A stretch of DNA of 52,340 nucleotides. Origin: Candidatus Deferrimicrobiaceae bacterium. GTDB lineage: Bacteria > Acidobacteriota > Terriglobia > Terriglobales > Acidobacteriaceae. The DNA is taken from NCBI GenBank assembly GCA_035654555.1, contig DASRWO010000288.1, positions 1-52,340 of the forward strand, read 5' to 3'. Every line of letters begins with the position of its first letter. Positions within the stretch are counted from its first letter, which is position 1. Positions 21,037 through 30,924 of the stretch are shown here, in pieces. The position numbers and the translations under genes were made by a program. Below the pieces are notes generated by a model. The model was not told where the DNA came from, searched no databases, and saw only the letters and a program-made list of their open reading frames with translations.

Positions 21037-22596
21037 CTAGTCGCCGGCTTGAGGACTCGCCGCCGCTGTCATGCCCGGCCGTCGCGGCGTTTGAGGAGCG
21101 GGAGCATTCTTTTCGTGCTGGGATCCGCGCAAGAGATACTTCGAGAGTGTGATGAATCCCTTAAGGTTGCGCTGCAACTCGCGGCGATCTCGCAGCGACT
21201 GCTTCAGCTTGTAGACCAGATAGGAAGGACTGAGATAAAAGCTGCGTCGCGCTCGGTCGCAGAAGCTCACCAACTGCTCGTGCGTAATGTTGGGTAGCGT
21301 AACCACGCTGTTGTGCAGACCGTCTTTGGTCAACCACGCGCCCCAGTCTTCAATCTGAATGTAATCCCGTTTCTTCGCTTCCTCATACGCGGTCGTACCC
21401 GGATAGACCATGATGGGGAAAAACTGCGCCGTATCGGGCTGAAGCTTCTTGGCAAAGTTCAGCGTCTTCTCCATGCTGGCCGGCGTCTCATTCAGGTTGC
21501 CAACCATGAAGCAGCCGTGCACCATGATGCCTGAGTCCTGACAAATGCGGACGAAGCGAAGCGCTTCTTCGTGATACTTGGCATCACGCCGGTCATCATT
21601 GTTCTTCTTCATGCCGTTGATCACTTCGACGTCACCACTCTCGAAGCCGACGCAGAACAGACGGGCACCGGCCTGATGCAGCGTGGAGAGCAACTCGCTT
21701 TCCGCGCCGATGTCGGCACGGCAGTTGGCGTCGAACGGCAGCTTATTGCCACGGCGAATCAGTTCCTTGGCTAGCTCCAGCGTGCGCGGCTTGCTGATGA
21801 TGAAGGTGTCATCCTCTAGCATGACGGTCTTGATCGCGGGCATTTCGCGGGAGACGAAATCGAACTCGTCGGCCACATTCGCCACCGAGCGGTAGCGCAT
21901 CTTATGCCCGCTGAAAGTTTGCGGATAAACACAAAACGAACAATGATACGGGCATCCCCGGCTGCTGTCGAAGACCACCAGCGGCCACAACGAGTGGCCA
22001 TAAAAATAATCCGGCGTATGTAGGAAGCGCTTATAAACTTCGGAGACGAAGGGCAGTTCATCAAGATTGGCGATGGCTTCGCGCGGCTTGTTGCTGACGA
22101 CTTCGCCTGTGGAAGCCCGGCGCCATACCAACCCGTCGACGCCAGAAAGATCCGCGCCGCAGGCTTTCGCTTCCAGCCAATCGCGCACGGTATATTCGTA
22201 CTCTCGTATGGCTACAGCTTCCAACGCAACTGACATTGCGAGCGTTTCTTTTGGCAGCGATGACACGTGCCGCCCGACCAGCAGGACATGCAAAGATGGT
22301 CTAGCCGCAACCAGTGACTCGATAACGCTGACGTCGTTCAGAATACTGGGCGTTGAAGTATCACATACGACCGCTTGGATGTTCTTTGCGGCGATTCGGT
22401 CGATGACCGCCTGGACGGAATAACCCGCGGCGGGCGCATCGACCAGGTCCACGTCGTGTCCATTTTTAAGTGCAACACCGGCGGCATGAGCCAGCCACTT
22501 GGGGTAATACAACGTTCCACTCTTAGTAACCGCAGGACTGCGCTGCTCCCGAGAAAATCTGGGATGGAAGGGTGGATTCAAAAACAAAACATGCAT
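21037..22596 (-). CDS. B12-binding-domain radical SAM enzyme
   Basis: N-terminal Rossmann-like B12 domain (VLFLNPP...TSTPS). CxxxCxxC appears as SRGCPYHCSFCVYP. I place the start at ATG 22596. The ORF track allows 22656. Confidence 0.88.
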   Translation of the reverse strand: MHVLFLNPPFHPRFSREQRSPAVTKSGTLYYPKWLAHAAGVALKNGHDVDLVDAPAAGYSVQAVIDRIAAKNIQAVVCDTSTPSILNDVSVIESLVAARPSLHVLLVGRHVSSLPKETLAMSVALEAVAIREYEYTVRDWLEAKACGADLSGVDGLVWRRASTGEVVSNKPREAIANLDELPFVSEVYKRFLHTPDYFYGHSLWPLVVFDSSRGCPYHCSFCVYPQTFSGHKMRYRSVANVADEFDFVSREMPAIKTVMLEDDTFIISKPRTLELAKELIRRGNKLPFDANCRADIGAESELLSTLHQAGARLFCVGFESGDVEVINGMKKNNDDRRDAKYHEEALRFVRICQDSGIMVHGCFMVGNLNETPASMEKTLNFAKKLQPDTAQFFPIMVYPGTTAYEEAKKRDYIQIEDWGAWLTKDGLHNSVVTLPNITHEQLVSFCDRARRSFYLSPSYLVYKLKQSLRDRRELQRNLKGFITLSKYLLRGSQHEKNAPAPQTPRRPGMTAAASPQAGD

Positions 22597-22725
22597 TCGT
22601 GAAGTATATCTCAAGGTCTCAAACCTTTCCGCAAATACTCCACACCCGGCTATCAACTTTGATTACCAAAGGGTCTCAGTATCAATCCCGACGAAGAAAG
22701 CGCGAAACTAGATTTGGCCAAAAAC

Positions 22726-23988
22726 TTACACAGCTTCGCGTTTTCTCCCCCACAGCGCCTTGATAGTTCGGAGACGCTGGCGGTTCTCCGGAAGCTCGAA
22801 GGCACTGTCCAGATTTTTCCGCAGCCAGACCCAAAACACGGCGACAAAGAAAGCTAGAATCGTGGCTCCCAGGACAATCAGAGTTCGGTGCGGGGAGGAC
22901 TTCGTATCTGGAGGCACGGCCGCATCCACCACTTGAATAATTGAGCCTTCGCGCGCCTCATCGAGCTTTGCGACCTCATATTCCTTCGCCAGCAATTCGA
23001 ATACGGTCTCCTGGTATTTGAGATCGCGATACCGGCGGAGATATTCCATCCCCGATCCGGTCACTCTTCCCTTGGATAGATTGATGTCGGAGCCGGCATC
23101 GCTTTGCGATCCCGCAACTCGTGCAAGTTGTGCCTGCAATGCCGCGAGTTCCTGTTTCGCGAGCACGAGATTAGGATTATCGTCGGTCGCGAAGGATCGC
23201 ATGCCTTCAATCTGTACCTCCTTGGCCACAACCTGGGCACGCAATACGGCCGCGGATTCGATCAGCGCTCGCGCCTGGCTATCGATTTGCAAGACGCCGG
23301 TAGCTTGTTGAGTCTTCGCCATGGCGTCCTCCGCCGCGGTCAGACTCTGTTTCGCTTGTTCAACTTGCTGCTCAAAGAAAAGCCGGCGCCGGGCGGCCTC
23401 AGTTATCGCTAGTGAGGCGGAGAGCCGTCGAAATTCCTCCACGTAGCCATTGGCCAGTTCGGCAGCGCGTTTCGGGTTATGGTCCTCAACCGTAAGGCGG
23501 ATCAATCCGTCCTTCGTTCCGGCCACCGCCGTAGTGCGGTGCTCGAAAGCTTTGCGCGCTTCCGACATCTTTTTGGCATGATACTCCTGCATCAGGCCAA
23601 AACGCTGGATCATCGAGTCTTCGACGGTGCGGCTTGTGAGCAAAGAAACGTACATGTCGGCGGGGTTCTTGATGCCGAGACTACCCCCAGCCAGAGAGGC
23701 TAGCGAACCCAAAGCACCAATATTTCCGAGCTGCCCTAACAATGACGAACCAATGGATGAATTCTGAGCCGGAGGAAGCAGCACAATCTTGGCTTCATAT
23801 TGAACTGGCAACAGTAGGGAAACTATAGCCGCCAACACCGCCGCACCCAGCACGAAGCGCACAATGAAGCGCTTGCGCTCGAGAAGAAGAACGAGAATAT
23901 CCAGCACCGAAACCTCTGCCTCGACTCGGGATGGGTCTGTGGGTGTTTCCTCGATAATCGGTTCGGCCTGGATCTCTGTCTGAATCAT
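22726..23988 (-). CDS. polysaccharide chain-length determinant (Wzz/GumC-like PCP) without kinase domain
   Basis: N-terminal TM after LDILVLLLERKRFI, a long coiled-coil periplasmic part, and a C-terminal TM (LIVLGATILAFFVAVFWVWL). No Walker motifs. Confidence 0.8.
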   Translation of the reverse strand: MIQTEIQAEPIIEETPTDPSRVEAEVSVLDILVLLLERKRFIVRFVLGAAVLAAIVSLLLPVQYEAKIVLLPPAQNSSIGSSLLGQLGNIGALGSLASLAGGSLGIKNPADMYVSLLTSRTVEDSMIQRFGLMQEYHAKKMSEARKAFEHRTTAVAGTKDGLIRLTVEDHNPKRAAELANGYVEEFRRLSASLAITEAARRRLFFEQQVEQAKQSLTAAEDAMAKTQQATGVLQIDSQARALIESAAVLRAQVVAKEVQIEGMRSFATDDNPNLVLAKQELAALQAQLARVAGSQSDAGSDINLSKGRVTGSGMEYLRRYRDLKYQETVFELLAKEYEVAKLDEAREGSIIQVVDAAVPPDTKSSPHRTLIVLGATILAFFVAVFWVWLRKNLDSAFELPENRQRLRTIKALWGRKREAV

Positions 23989-24300
23989 CGTATTCGCGCG
24001 ATTTGCAATTTTACTATTATGCCATCCCGACCGAGAGTGATTCTATCAGGCTGCTTCAAAGTGAATGTTGGCTTTTCCAACACCTTGATGGCAACCCGCT
24101 TGCGCCTCCAGCGAGGGGCGGCGGATACTGAGTCCGTTTCGTGCTAGCTTTGAATGGATTCCAGATTCTGCTAAGAAATGCCAGGGGGCAGTGTACGCGC
24201 TTGCGGGGTGCGCGGCGGTTAATGATATCCGTAATACCCTAAGAGCTATCTATTCGAACGAACTTGAGTTACGGCGCGTCAGTCATGGAAAGGACGGGAA

Positions 24301-26877
24301 ATGAAGTTTGCCGAAGCCGCTGGCAGGAGGGATAAGACTGAAAACTATCGTGGGAACCTTCTGCGGACCGCGTGGCTCTTGCCCACACTGGCATTGGGTC
24401 TGACAACAAGTTATTTGACTGCTGGCGGTTTGATGGCGCGAGCCCAGACGGCCGGGGACGAAAAACCCGCACCGGCTTCATCTCCAAAGCCTGCGTCAAA
24501 ACCTCTCCAACTTCCGCCGGAACCTGTAGACTTGAAATCGCTTCCCCGCAACCTTTTTGTCGATCAGAAGAAGTTCTGGACGACCCCGTTCCACATGACC
24601 ACGGCGGAGTGGCAGTGGACCGTCCCATTGGCTTTTGTCGGCGCGGGAATGTTGGCGAGTGATACAGCCATAGAAAAACATGTTCCCACGAACCCGACAA
24701 CTGTATCTCACGCAGTAACCGCTTCCAATGCTGGACTCGGCGCTATGGCCGGAGTGGGCGCAGGAATGTTTCTTTTGGGGCATTTCGCGAACAATGATCA
24801 GGAACGTGAGACCGGACTTCTCAGCGGAGAAGCAGGCATCGACGCATTCTTAGATACCGAGGTTCTTAAATATGCATTCGGGAGGGACCGGCCGTTCACA
24901 GGAGACGGCCGGGGACGTTTTTTTCAGGGCGGAGACTCTTTTCCTTCGCAGCACGCAGCCATCAGTTGGGCGATTGCCAGTGTGATTGCTCATGAATATC
25001 CCGGGCCGCTTACGCAGCTGCTCGCCTACGGCGCGGCGGGAGGAATCACCGCGGCGCGGTTTGTGGGCCAGCAGCACTTCGCCACGGACCTGTTGGTTGG
25101 CAGCGCTCTAGGCTGGTATATGGGCCGGCAGGTTTTCCGGTCGCGCTCGCATTACAGCGATGCGGAGATCGCCAAATGGGGCACATTCAGCAAGAACGAG
25201 GAAGGGAGTACTGGCCGTGATCCAGGAAATATGGGATCGCCTTATGTTCCCATGGATAGTTGGGTGTATCCCGCGATGGAACGCCTGATCGCCTTCGGCT
25301 ATATTCACTCCGCCGACCTCGGAATGCGCCCGTGGACGCGCATGGAGTGTGCGCGTTTGCTGGTGGAGGAGGCGGACGAGCAATTTCAAGAAAGAACTGA
25401 GAAGAATACCGGTGCGCAGAAAATATATGCTGCTCTACAAGATGAGTTCAGCGACGAGATTGCCCGCTTAGGCGGCGACGCCAATCTCGGGGTGAACCTG
25501 GATTCGGTCTACACCCGTGGGACCCAGATTGTCGGCGGACCGTTGCGCGATGGGCTCCATTACGGCCAGACCATCATTAATGACTTCGGTCGCCCCTACG
25601 GACAGGGTTTCAACAACGTGACCGGGCTTTCAGGTCACGCGGTCGTGGGTCCCCTTTCATTCTATGTTCGCACCGAATACCAGCATGCGGCCTCGCTTTC
25701 CGGACTGCCTCCGGCAGCGGCGCAGGCGATCTCGGCAGTGGACGCCATCCCTTCCGTCCCCCCGACCACTCCTGTTCCAGCCGTAGATCGGGTCGATTTG
25801 CTGGAGGGCTACGTGGGGATGCAACTCGACAACTGGCAGATCAGCGTTGGCAAACAGTCCCTTTGGTGGGGTGCGGATAAGAGCGGACCGATGATGTTCA
25901 GCACCAATGCCGAACCCATCCTCATGCTGCAAATCAATCGCGTAAAGCCGTTCCACCTACCTTTGCTGGGAGCGATCCGCGTGGATTACCTCATAGGGCG
26001 CTTGAGCGGCTACCACTGGGTGTACGGCGTAAACACTGGCTTGGTGGGATCATGGACGCAGTCGCTGAGTGACCAGCCGTTCATCGTAGGCGAGAAGGTC
26101 ACTCTTAAGCCCACATCCGATCTGGAACTGGGCATTAGCATCACCGCGCTCTTCGGGGGTCCGGGAGTTCCAGCCACGGCGCACAAGCTTTTCCAGGCGG
26201 GTTTCTCCACCGGAAACGGGCTGCCTGGAACTCCCGGAGACCCGGGTGACCGCCGCGGCGGATTTGACTTTGCCTATCGGGTTCCCGGGCTGCGGGATTG
26301 GCTCACATTTTATGCGGATGCCTTTACGGACGATGAACCTAACCCCTGGCTTGCCTGGAACAAGACCGCCCTCACATCCGGTCTCTACCTGTCTAAAGTC
26401 CCAGGAATATCGAAACTTGACCTCCGCGTCGAGGGAGTTTACACCGACCCACCCGGCGGTGGAACGACGGTACAACACGGTTTCTTTTATTTCAACGACC
26501 GGTTCAAGAGTGGTTATACGAACGAAGGAAATCTGATCGGAAGCTGGATTGGCAGGGAGGGTCAGGGCGCCGAAGCCTGGACCTCCTACTGGCTTAACCC
26601 TAAGAGCAAAGTACAGTTGAATTTCAGGCACCAGAAGGTGAGCCCGCAGTTCATTCCGGGCGGGGGAACGGTGACCGATTTCGGCGTCTCCGGCGATTAT
26701 CGGCTGCGTTCAGATGTGGATCTTTCCGCGTGGGTGCAGCACGAACGGTGGCTTTTTCCGGTGATTCAATCCAATCCCTCCCGAAACGTAACTGCGGCCT
26801 TGCAAATTCAGTTTGAGCCGCATAAGCTGTTCCAGCATTCCCATTCCTCCGCCAATGCACCAGGAAGCCAGCCGTGA
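24301..26877 (+). CDS. fusion protein: PAP2 phosphatase domain + Wzi-like outer-membrane capsule-assembly domain
   Basis: Signal-like N-terminus. PAP2 motifs are KYAFGRDRP, PSQH and RFVGQQHFATD (roughly aa 85-280). From about aa 312 it reads YVPMDSWVYPAMERLIAFGYI and has a long beta-rich region typical of Wzi-like proteins. Confidence 0.75.
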   Translation: MKFAEAAGRRDKTENYRGNLLRTAWLLPTLALGLTTSYLTAGGLMARAQTAGDEKPAPASSPKPASKPLQLPPEPVDLKSLPRNLFVDQKKFWTTPFHMTTAEWQWTVPLAFVGAGMLASDTAIEKHVPTNPTTVSHAVTASNAGLGAMAGVGAGMFLLGHFANNDQERETGLLSGEAGIDAFLDTEVLKYAFGRDRPFTGDGRGRFFQGGDSFPSQHAAISWAIASVIAHEYPGPLTQLLAYGAAGGITAARFVGQQHFATDLLVGSALGWYMGRQVFRSRSHYSDAEIAKWGTFSKNEEGSTGRDPGNMGSPYVPMDSWVYPAMERLIAFGYIHSADLGMRPWTRMECARLLVEEADEQFQERTEKNTGAQKIYAALQDEFSDEIARLGGDANLGVNLDSVYTRGTQIVGGPLRDGLHYGQTIINDFGRPYGQGFNNVTGLSGHAVVGPLSFYVRTEYQHAASLSGLPPAAAQAISAVDAIPSVPPTTPVPAVDRVDLLEGYVGMQLDNWQISVGKQSLWWGADKSGPMMFSTNAEPILMLQINRVKPFHLPLLGAIRVDYLIGRLSGYHWVYGVNTGLVGSWTQSLSDQPFIVGEKVTLKPTSDLELGISITALFGGPGVPATAHKLFQAGFSTGNGLPGTPGDPGDRRGGFDFAYRVPGLRDWLTFYADAFTDDEPNPWLAWNKTALTSGLYLSKVPGISKLDLRVEGVYTDPPGGGTTVQHGFFYFNDRFKSGYTNEGNLIGSWIGREGQGAEAWTSYWLNPKSKVQLNFRHQKVSPQFIPGGGTVTDFGVSGDYRLRSDVDLSAWVQHERWLFPVIQSNPSRNVTAALQIQFEPHKLFQHSHSSANAPGSQP

Positions 26878-27132
26878 TCTCTGTACTCTCACAGGCCGAT
26901 GCGCACTTTTCTTTTCGCGTCAATTTCTCAAGAGAAGCTCAAAAGCGACGCAACTCGCTTGATATTTCTCGCCTGCAGAACATTCCGGTTAACCCTGGGT
27001 TGGTTACTGTAAGGATTCTTCTCGATCGGCAACGAAGGTCACCACGGATATTATTAGGTGCTAGACAAACGTCATTGGAATAGGTTGATATATACAACGA
27101 TCATTTTTGCCGGGGGGCAGAATTGAGAAGGT

Positions 27133-28527
27133 ATGATTCGCAGTCGCCTTAGCTTTGCGCGTTTGTACTTGAAAATCGTCACCCTGCTGTTGCCTGCCTG
27201 CGCCTATTTCATCGCGGTCAAGGTGCGCTTCGGTTTCAATTTACTATTCTCCCGCACTCCTCCGGATGGCCTGCCTTCTTACTGGAGCATTCTCCTGTTG
27301 ACCACGATCGTCTGGGCGATTGCTGCGGAAGAATCGGGTCTGTGGAACGTCGAGCAATTGTATGCACCCGGCGGCAAAAGCCGCCGGCTGCTGGAAGCCT
27401 TGGCATTCACCTACGCGGTGGTAATGGCCGGCGGGTTCATTTACCGCCAGGCGAGTTATTCCCGGCTGGTCGTCGGTATCAGTGCTGTAACGTTGTTTAT
27501 CCTGGCCACCATTGCCCGGGTGATTTTTCGGGTCACTCTGGAAGTGTTACGCAAGGACGGCCGAAACGAAGTGAAGATTCTGATCGTTGGAACCGATCGC
27601 TTCGCGCGTCGCGTGGGGACCTCGCTATTGCATGGTGAGGTGCTGCCCTGCAGGATAATGGGCTTTGTGCGGCTTCCGGATCAGGAGGTCGCGGTGGAGG
27701 GCCCGGTATACGAACTGGATCAGATTCCCGCATTTTCTAACGGGAGTTCCATCAACGATATTATTATTGCCCTGCCTGCGGCCCGGCTAAGCGAAGTTCA
27801 GAAAATCGCGCCCGTGCTGGAAAAACTTTGCGTTCCCACCAGAGTCGTAGTCGACTTGGGCGAAGGCATTGTGCTGCGCGACCGCTTGATCGACCTGGGC
27901 GGAATCCACATGCTCGATCTCCGGCCCACCCTGGCCGAGACTGGCCCTTATCTATTCCAAAAGCGAATATTTGACGTCGGCTTCTCACTTCTCATTTTGT
28001 TGCTCACACTGCCTTTCACTCTGCTCATCGCTTTGGCGACAAAACTAGGAAGCCGTGGTCCGGTTTTTTTTGTTCAGGATCGTGTGGGATTAAACGGACG
28101 GGTTTTCCGCATGTTCAAGTTCCGTACCATGAAAGTGGGCAGCCGTGAGGAAGGAGACACGCGCTGGACTTGCGACAAGGATCCACGCCGAACCGCGGTG
28201 GGCACGTTCCTCCGCCGGACGAATCTGGACGAACTCCCGCAGTTTTTCAACGTTCTCCGCGGCGACATGAGCATTGTGGGTCCGCGCCCGGAGCGGCCGT
28301 ATTTCGTGGAGCGTTTTCTGCAGGAGTTTGAGCGTTACAATTCCCGCCATTTGTTCAAAGCTGGGATCACTGGATGGGCTCAAGTAAACGGCTGGCGCGG
28401 GGACACATCCATTGCCAAGCGCGTGGAATACGATCTGTATTATCTTCGCAACTGGAGTCTGACTTTTGATCTGCAAATCATTACCATGACCCTGCTACGA
28501 TTTTTTACCAGCAAAAATGCGTACTGA
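27133..28527 (+). CDS. polyprenyl-phosphate sugar phosphotransferase (WcaJ/EpsB-like priming enzyme)
   Basis: N-terminal TM helices. The C-terminal bacterial sugar transferase domain reads KRIFDV...GPVFFVQDRVGLNGRVFRMFKFRTM...DELPQFFNVLRGDMSIVGPRP. Confidence 0.9.
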   Translation: MIRSRLSFARLYLKIVTLLLPACAYFIAVKVRFGFNLLFSRTPPDGLPSYWSILLLTTIVWAIAAEESGLWNVEQLYAPGGKSRRLLEALAFTYAVVMAGGFIYRQASYSRLVVGISAVTLFILATIARVIFRVTLEVLRKDGRNEVKILIVGTDRFARRVGTSLLHGEVLPCRIMGFVRLPDQEVAVEGPVYELDQIPAFSNGSSINDIIIALPAARLSEVQKIAPVLEKLCVPTRVVVDLGEGIVLRDRLIDLGGIHMLDLRPTLAETGPYLFQKRIFDVGFSLLILLLTLPFTLLIALATKLGSRGPVFFVQDRVGLNGRVFRMFKFRTMKVGSREEGDTRWTCDKDPRRTAVGTFLRRTNLDELPQFFNVLRGDMSIVGPRPERPYFVERFLQEFERYNSRHLFKAGITGWAQVNGWRGDTSIAKRVEYDLYYLRNWSLTFDLQIITMTLLRFFTSKNAY

Positions 28528-28610
28528 TTTTTAAGCTCATTCAACTAACGCGCGATGTTTCCTCAGGGCAATTTCTGCCGGCCCCAGGATCTCAAGAGAG
28601 ATACGGTGGC

Positions 28611-30122
28611 GTGACTATCCGGGCGACCATGGCTCGCCGAATTCTGCTTGCTGCTGTCGTGTTCCTCGCGCCGGGATGCAGCTTAGGCCAGCTGATACAA
28701 ATTGGCTGCGATGACTTTTACAAGCGACTTGGCGATTGCAACACACCACAGAGAAACGCTCTTGCTGTCTACCCAACCTTTTTGAGCAGTACGTCGCCAC
28801 GGAGGCTTTGGAACGATGGCAATCTGAGCGGGCAAGAATCTTCGGTGTCATGTGACGACGCGTCCAGCCCTGCCTCGTCGCAGCCGGAGAAAGAAGGTTT
28901 CCATTGGGGCCGCGCTTTGACCGAATCTCTGACTTTTCTTCTCATCGAGCAAGCCTATGTCGTCCACACCGACTTCCGCTGGGTAGTATCCGAAAACGGA
29001 ATACCGTTCAATCATTATTGGCGAGACTACAAACAGTCGCTCTCCGAATGGACGCACTCTGGCTGGAACGATGGCGATCCCAACTGGTTCGGCTATGTGG
29101 GCCATCCCATCCAGGGAGCTCTCACCGGCTTCATCCAAATTCAGAATGATCCGAAATCTCAGAGGCTCGAGTTCTCGCGGACGAAAGCCTATTGGAAGAG
29201 TCGCTTAAAAGCTGCGCTGTGGAATGCGGTTTATAGCACGCAGTGGAACCTTGGGCCTTTAGGAGAGGTCACAGTTGAAAAGTACGGTACCAAGGACCGG
29301 CCGCCTTGGAACTCGAATGGATCCTATCCTTGCAACACCAACCATTGCTACACCGGAGTTGGCCAAATTGATATTGTGATGACGCCCTTAGGTGGCACAG
29401 GTTGGTTGATCGGCGAAGATTTTCTCGACAAAAATGTTGTGAGGCGTTTCGAGAACTCCACCCAGAACCGTTTTTTGATCGACACCGTGCGAGTTGCTCT
29501 CAATCCGATCCGCTCAGGCGCAAACATGCTTCATGGAGAGCATCCTTGGTATCGTGCCTCCCGCGAAAACGATGAAGGAATGAACTTCTCCACTGATCAG
29601 AAAGCCGCAGCGCAACCGAATGAGACTTCGCAACCACTGTTTCCCAACCATGGAAGTGTATATTTCGGATACACCCACGCGGGTGTGTCCCATTGCGAAG
29701 TGCCCGCCTTCGGCACAACAACTACCTGTGATCCGCTTTCCAGCGCAAGCTCTAACCTCGGCGGCTGGGACACATCGGTTGAGAAAATGTACCTTCGCTA
29801 TTTTGGCGCGATTGCCGATTTCAGTGGACAGTATGGCGGCGTGAGCCAGACTAATTTCTTGTTTGGTCTACGCGGCGGCGCCTGGGCAGGAAGGTTCCGG
29901 CCCTTCGGGCAGGCCATGATCGGAGCGGTGCGGGTTCACGAAGATGCCTCCACGGGATCCATATCCGAAACATCTTTCGCTGAAGACCTGGGACTCGGAA
30001 TCGATTTCCGAGTGGTGCGCCTGGTGAGTTGGCGCAATCAAGTGGACGAACTTAAGACCGGATCGCCAGATTTCGAGCGCCGCAACCTTCGTTTGTCTTC
30101 CGGATTCGCGGTACGATTTTAG
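28611..30122 (+). CDS. secreted / outer-membrane hypothetical protein
   Basis: Signal peptide MARRILLAAVVFLAPGCS (ATG 28629 is an alternative start). The beta-rich C-terminus ends in ...GFAVRF. The mid region reads WNDGDPNWFGYVGHPIQG. Confidence 0.6.
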   Translation: MTIRATMARRILLAAVVFLAPGCSLGQLIQIGCDDFYKRLGDCNTPQRNALAVYPTFLSSTSPRRLWNDGNLSGQESSVSCDDASSPASSQPEKEGFHWGRALTESLTFLLIEQAYVVHTDFRWVVSENGIPFNHYWRDYKQSLSEWTHSGWNDGDPNWFGYVGHPIQGALTGFIQIQNDPKSQRLEFSRTKAYWKSRLKAALWNAVYSTQWNLGPLGEVTVEKYGTKDRPPWNSNGSYPCNTNHCYTGVGQIDIVMTPLGGTGWLIGEDFLDKNVVRRFENSTQNRFLIDTVRVALNPIRSGANMLHGEHPWYRASRENDEGMNFSTDQKAAAQPNETSQPLFPNHGSVYFGYTHAGVSHCEVPAFGTTTTCDPLSSASSNLGGWDTSVEKMYLRYFGAIADFSGQYGGVSQTNFLFGLRGGAWAGRFRPFGQAMIGAVRVHEDASTGSISETSFAEDLGLGIDFRVVRLVSWRNQVDELKTGSPDFERRNLRLSSGFAVRF

Positions 30123-30162
30123 CGAGATTTTAGGGACTCGTTTAGCGACCTGGATTACGACG

Positions 30163-30816
30163 ATGGAAAGCCAATCCGCCGTTCCCACGCCACCCTGCAG
30201 AGACCCACGATCGCTGGCAGCCTCCGTGCCGATTCGAAAGTTTACTTTATTTCTCGTGCTCGTCTCCTCCGTGGCGTTCACCCAGAATCTTCCCATGGCG
30301 AGACAGAAAGGGAGTCTGGACCTCAGCGTGTCAACCTCCGCAGAAACCGGCGAAGAACTCACTAACTCCTTTACGGAGGTGCAGATCTTCTCCATTGGCG
30401 CATCTGCCGGATGGCAGATCACGGGCGAACACGGCAGCGGGTGGCGACGTGGCAATCTCGAGTACGCATTCGATTTCTTCCCGCTCTTCAAGACCTTCGG
30501 AAATCAGCGCACTCACGGTATCGGTTTCGATCCCGTGATACTCCGCTGGAACTCGGCGCTGCATTCGTCTCGCATTTCGCCCTATATCGACCTAGCGGGA
30601 GGCGGCGTCAGCACGCCTGTGAATCTGCCGCCGGGTAATACGTCCAGCTTTAATTTTATGGCGAAAGGGGGTGGAGGGATTTACTTACGAACGCGAAAAC
30701 GGCAGGCTTTCGACATTGGCTTTCGCTGGTCGCACATCTCCAGCGCGAACCTGGGCGTGCAGAATCCAGAGTTTAACGGGGTGCAACTGAGCCTCGCTTA
30801 CCATTGGTTCAAGTAA
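30163..30816 (+). CDS. PagL-like acyloxyacyl hydrolase / small OM beta-barrel
   Basis: Signal peptide PIRKFTLFLVLVSSVAFTQN (GTG 30226 is an alternative start). The C-terminal WSHISSANLG...NGVQLSLAYHWF resembles lipid A deacylase-type barrels. Confidence 0.55.
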   Translation: MESQSAVPTPPCRDPRSLAASVPIRKFTLFLVLVSSVAFTQNLPMARQKGSLDLSVSTSAETGEELTNSFTEVQIFSIGASAGWQITGEHGSGWRRGNLEYAFDFFPLFKTFGNQRTHGIGFDPVILRWNSALHSSRISPYIDLAGGGVSTPVNLPPGNTSSFNFMAKGGGGIYLRTRKRQAFDIGFRWSHISSANLGVQNPEFNGVQLSLAYHWFK

Positions 30817-30924
30817 CGCGATTCAAATGCCAGCAGGGCCCCGGCGTCGGCCTTGACCGATCGGAGGCGTGGATGTCAAACTGTTGTTTGTACTCATTCT
30901 GTTCAGCCTAGGATCTCCCGTTTC

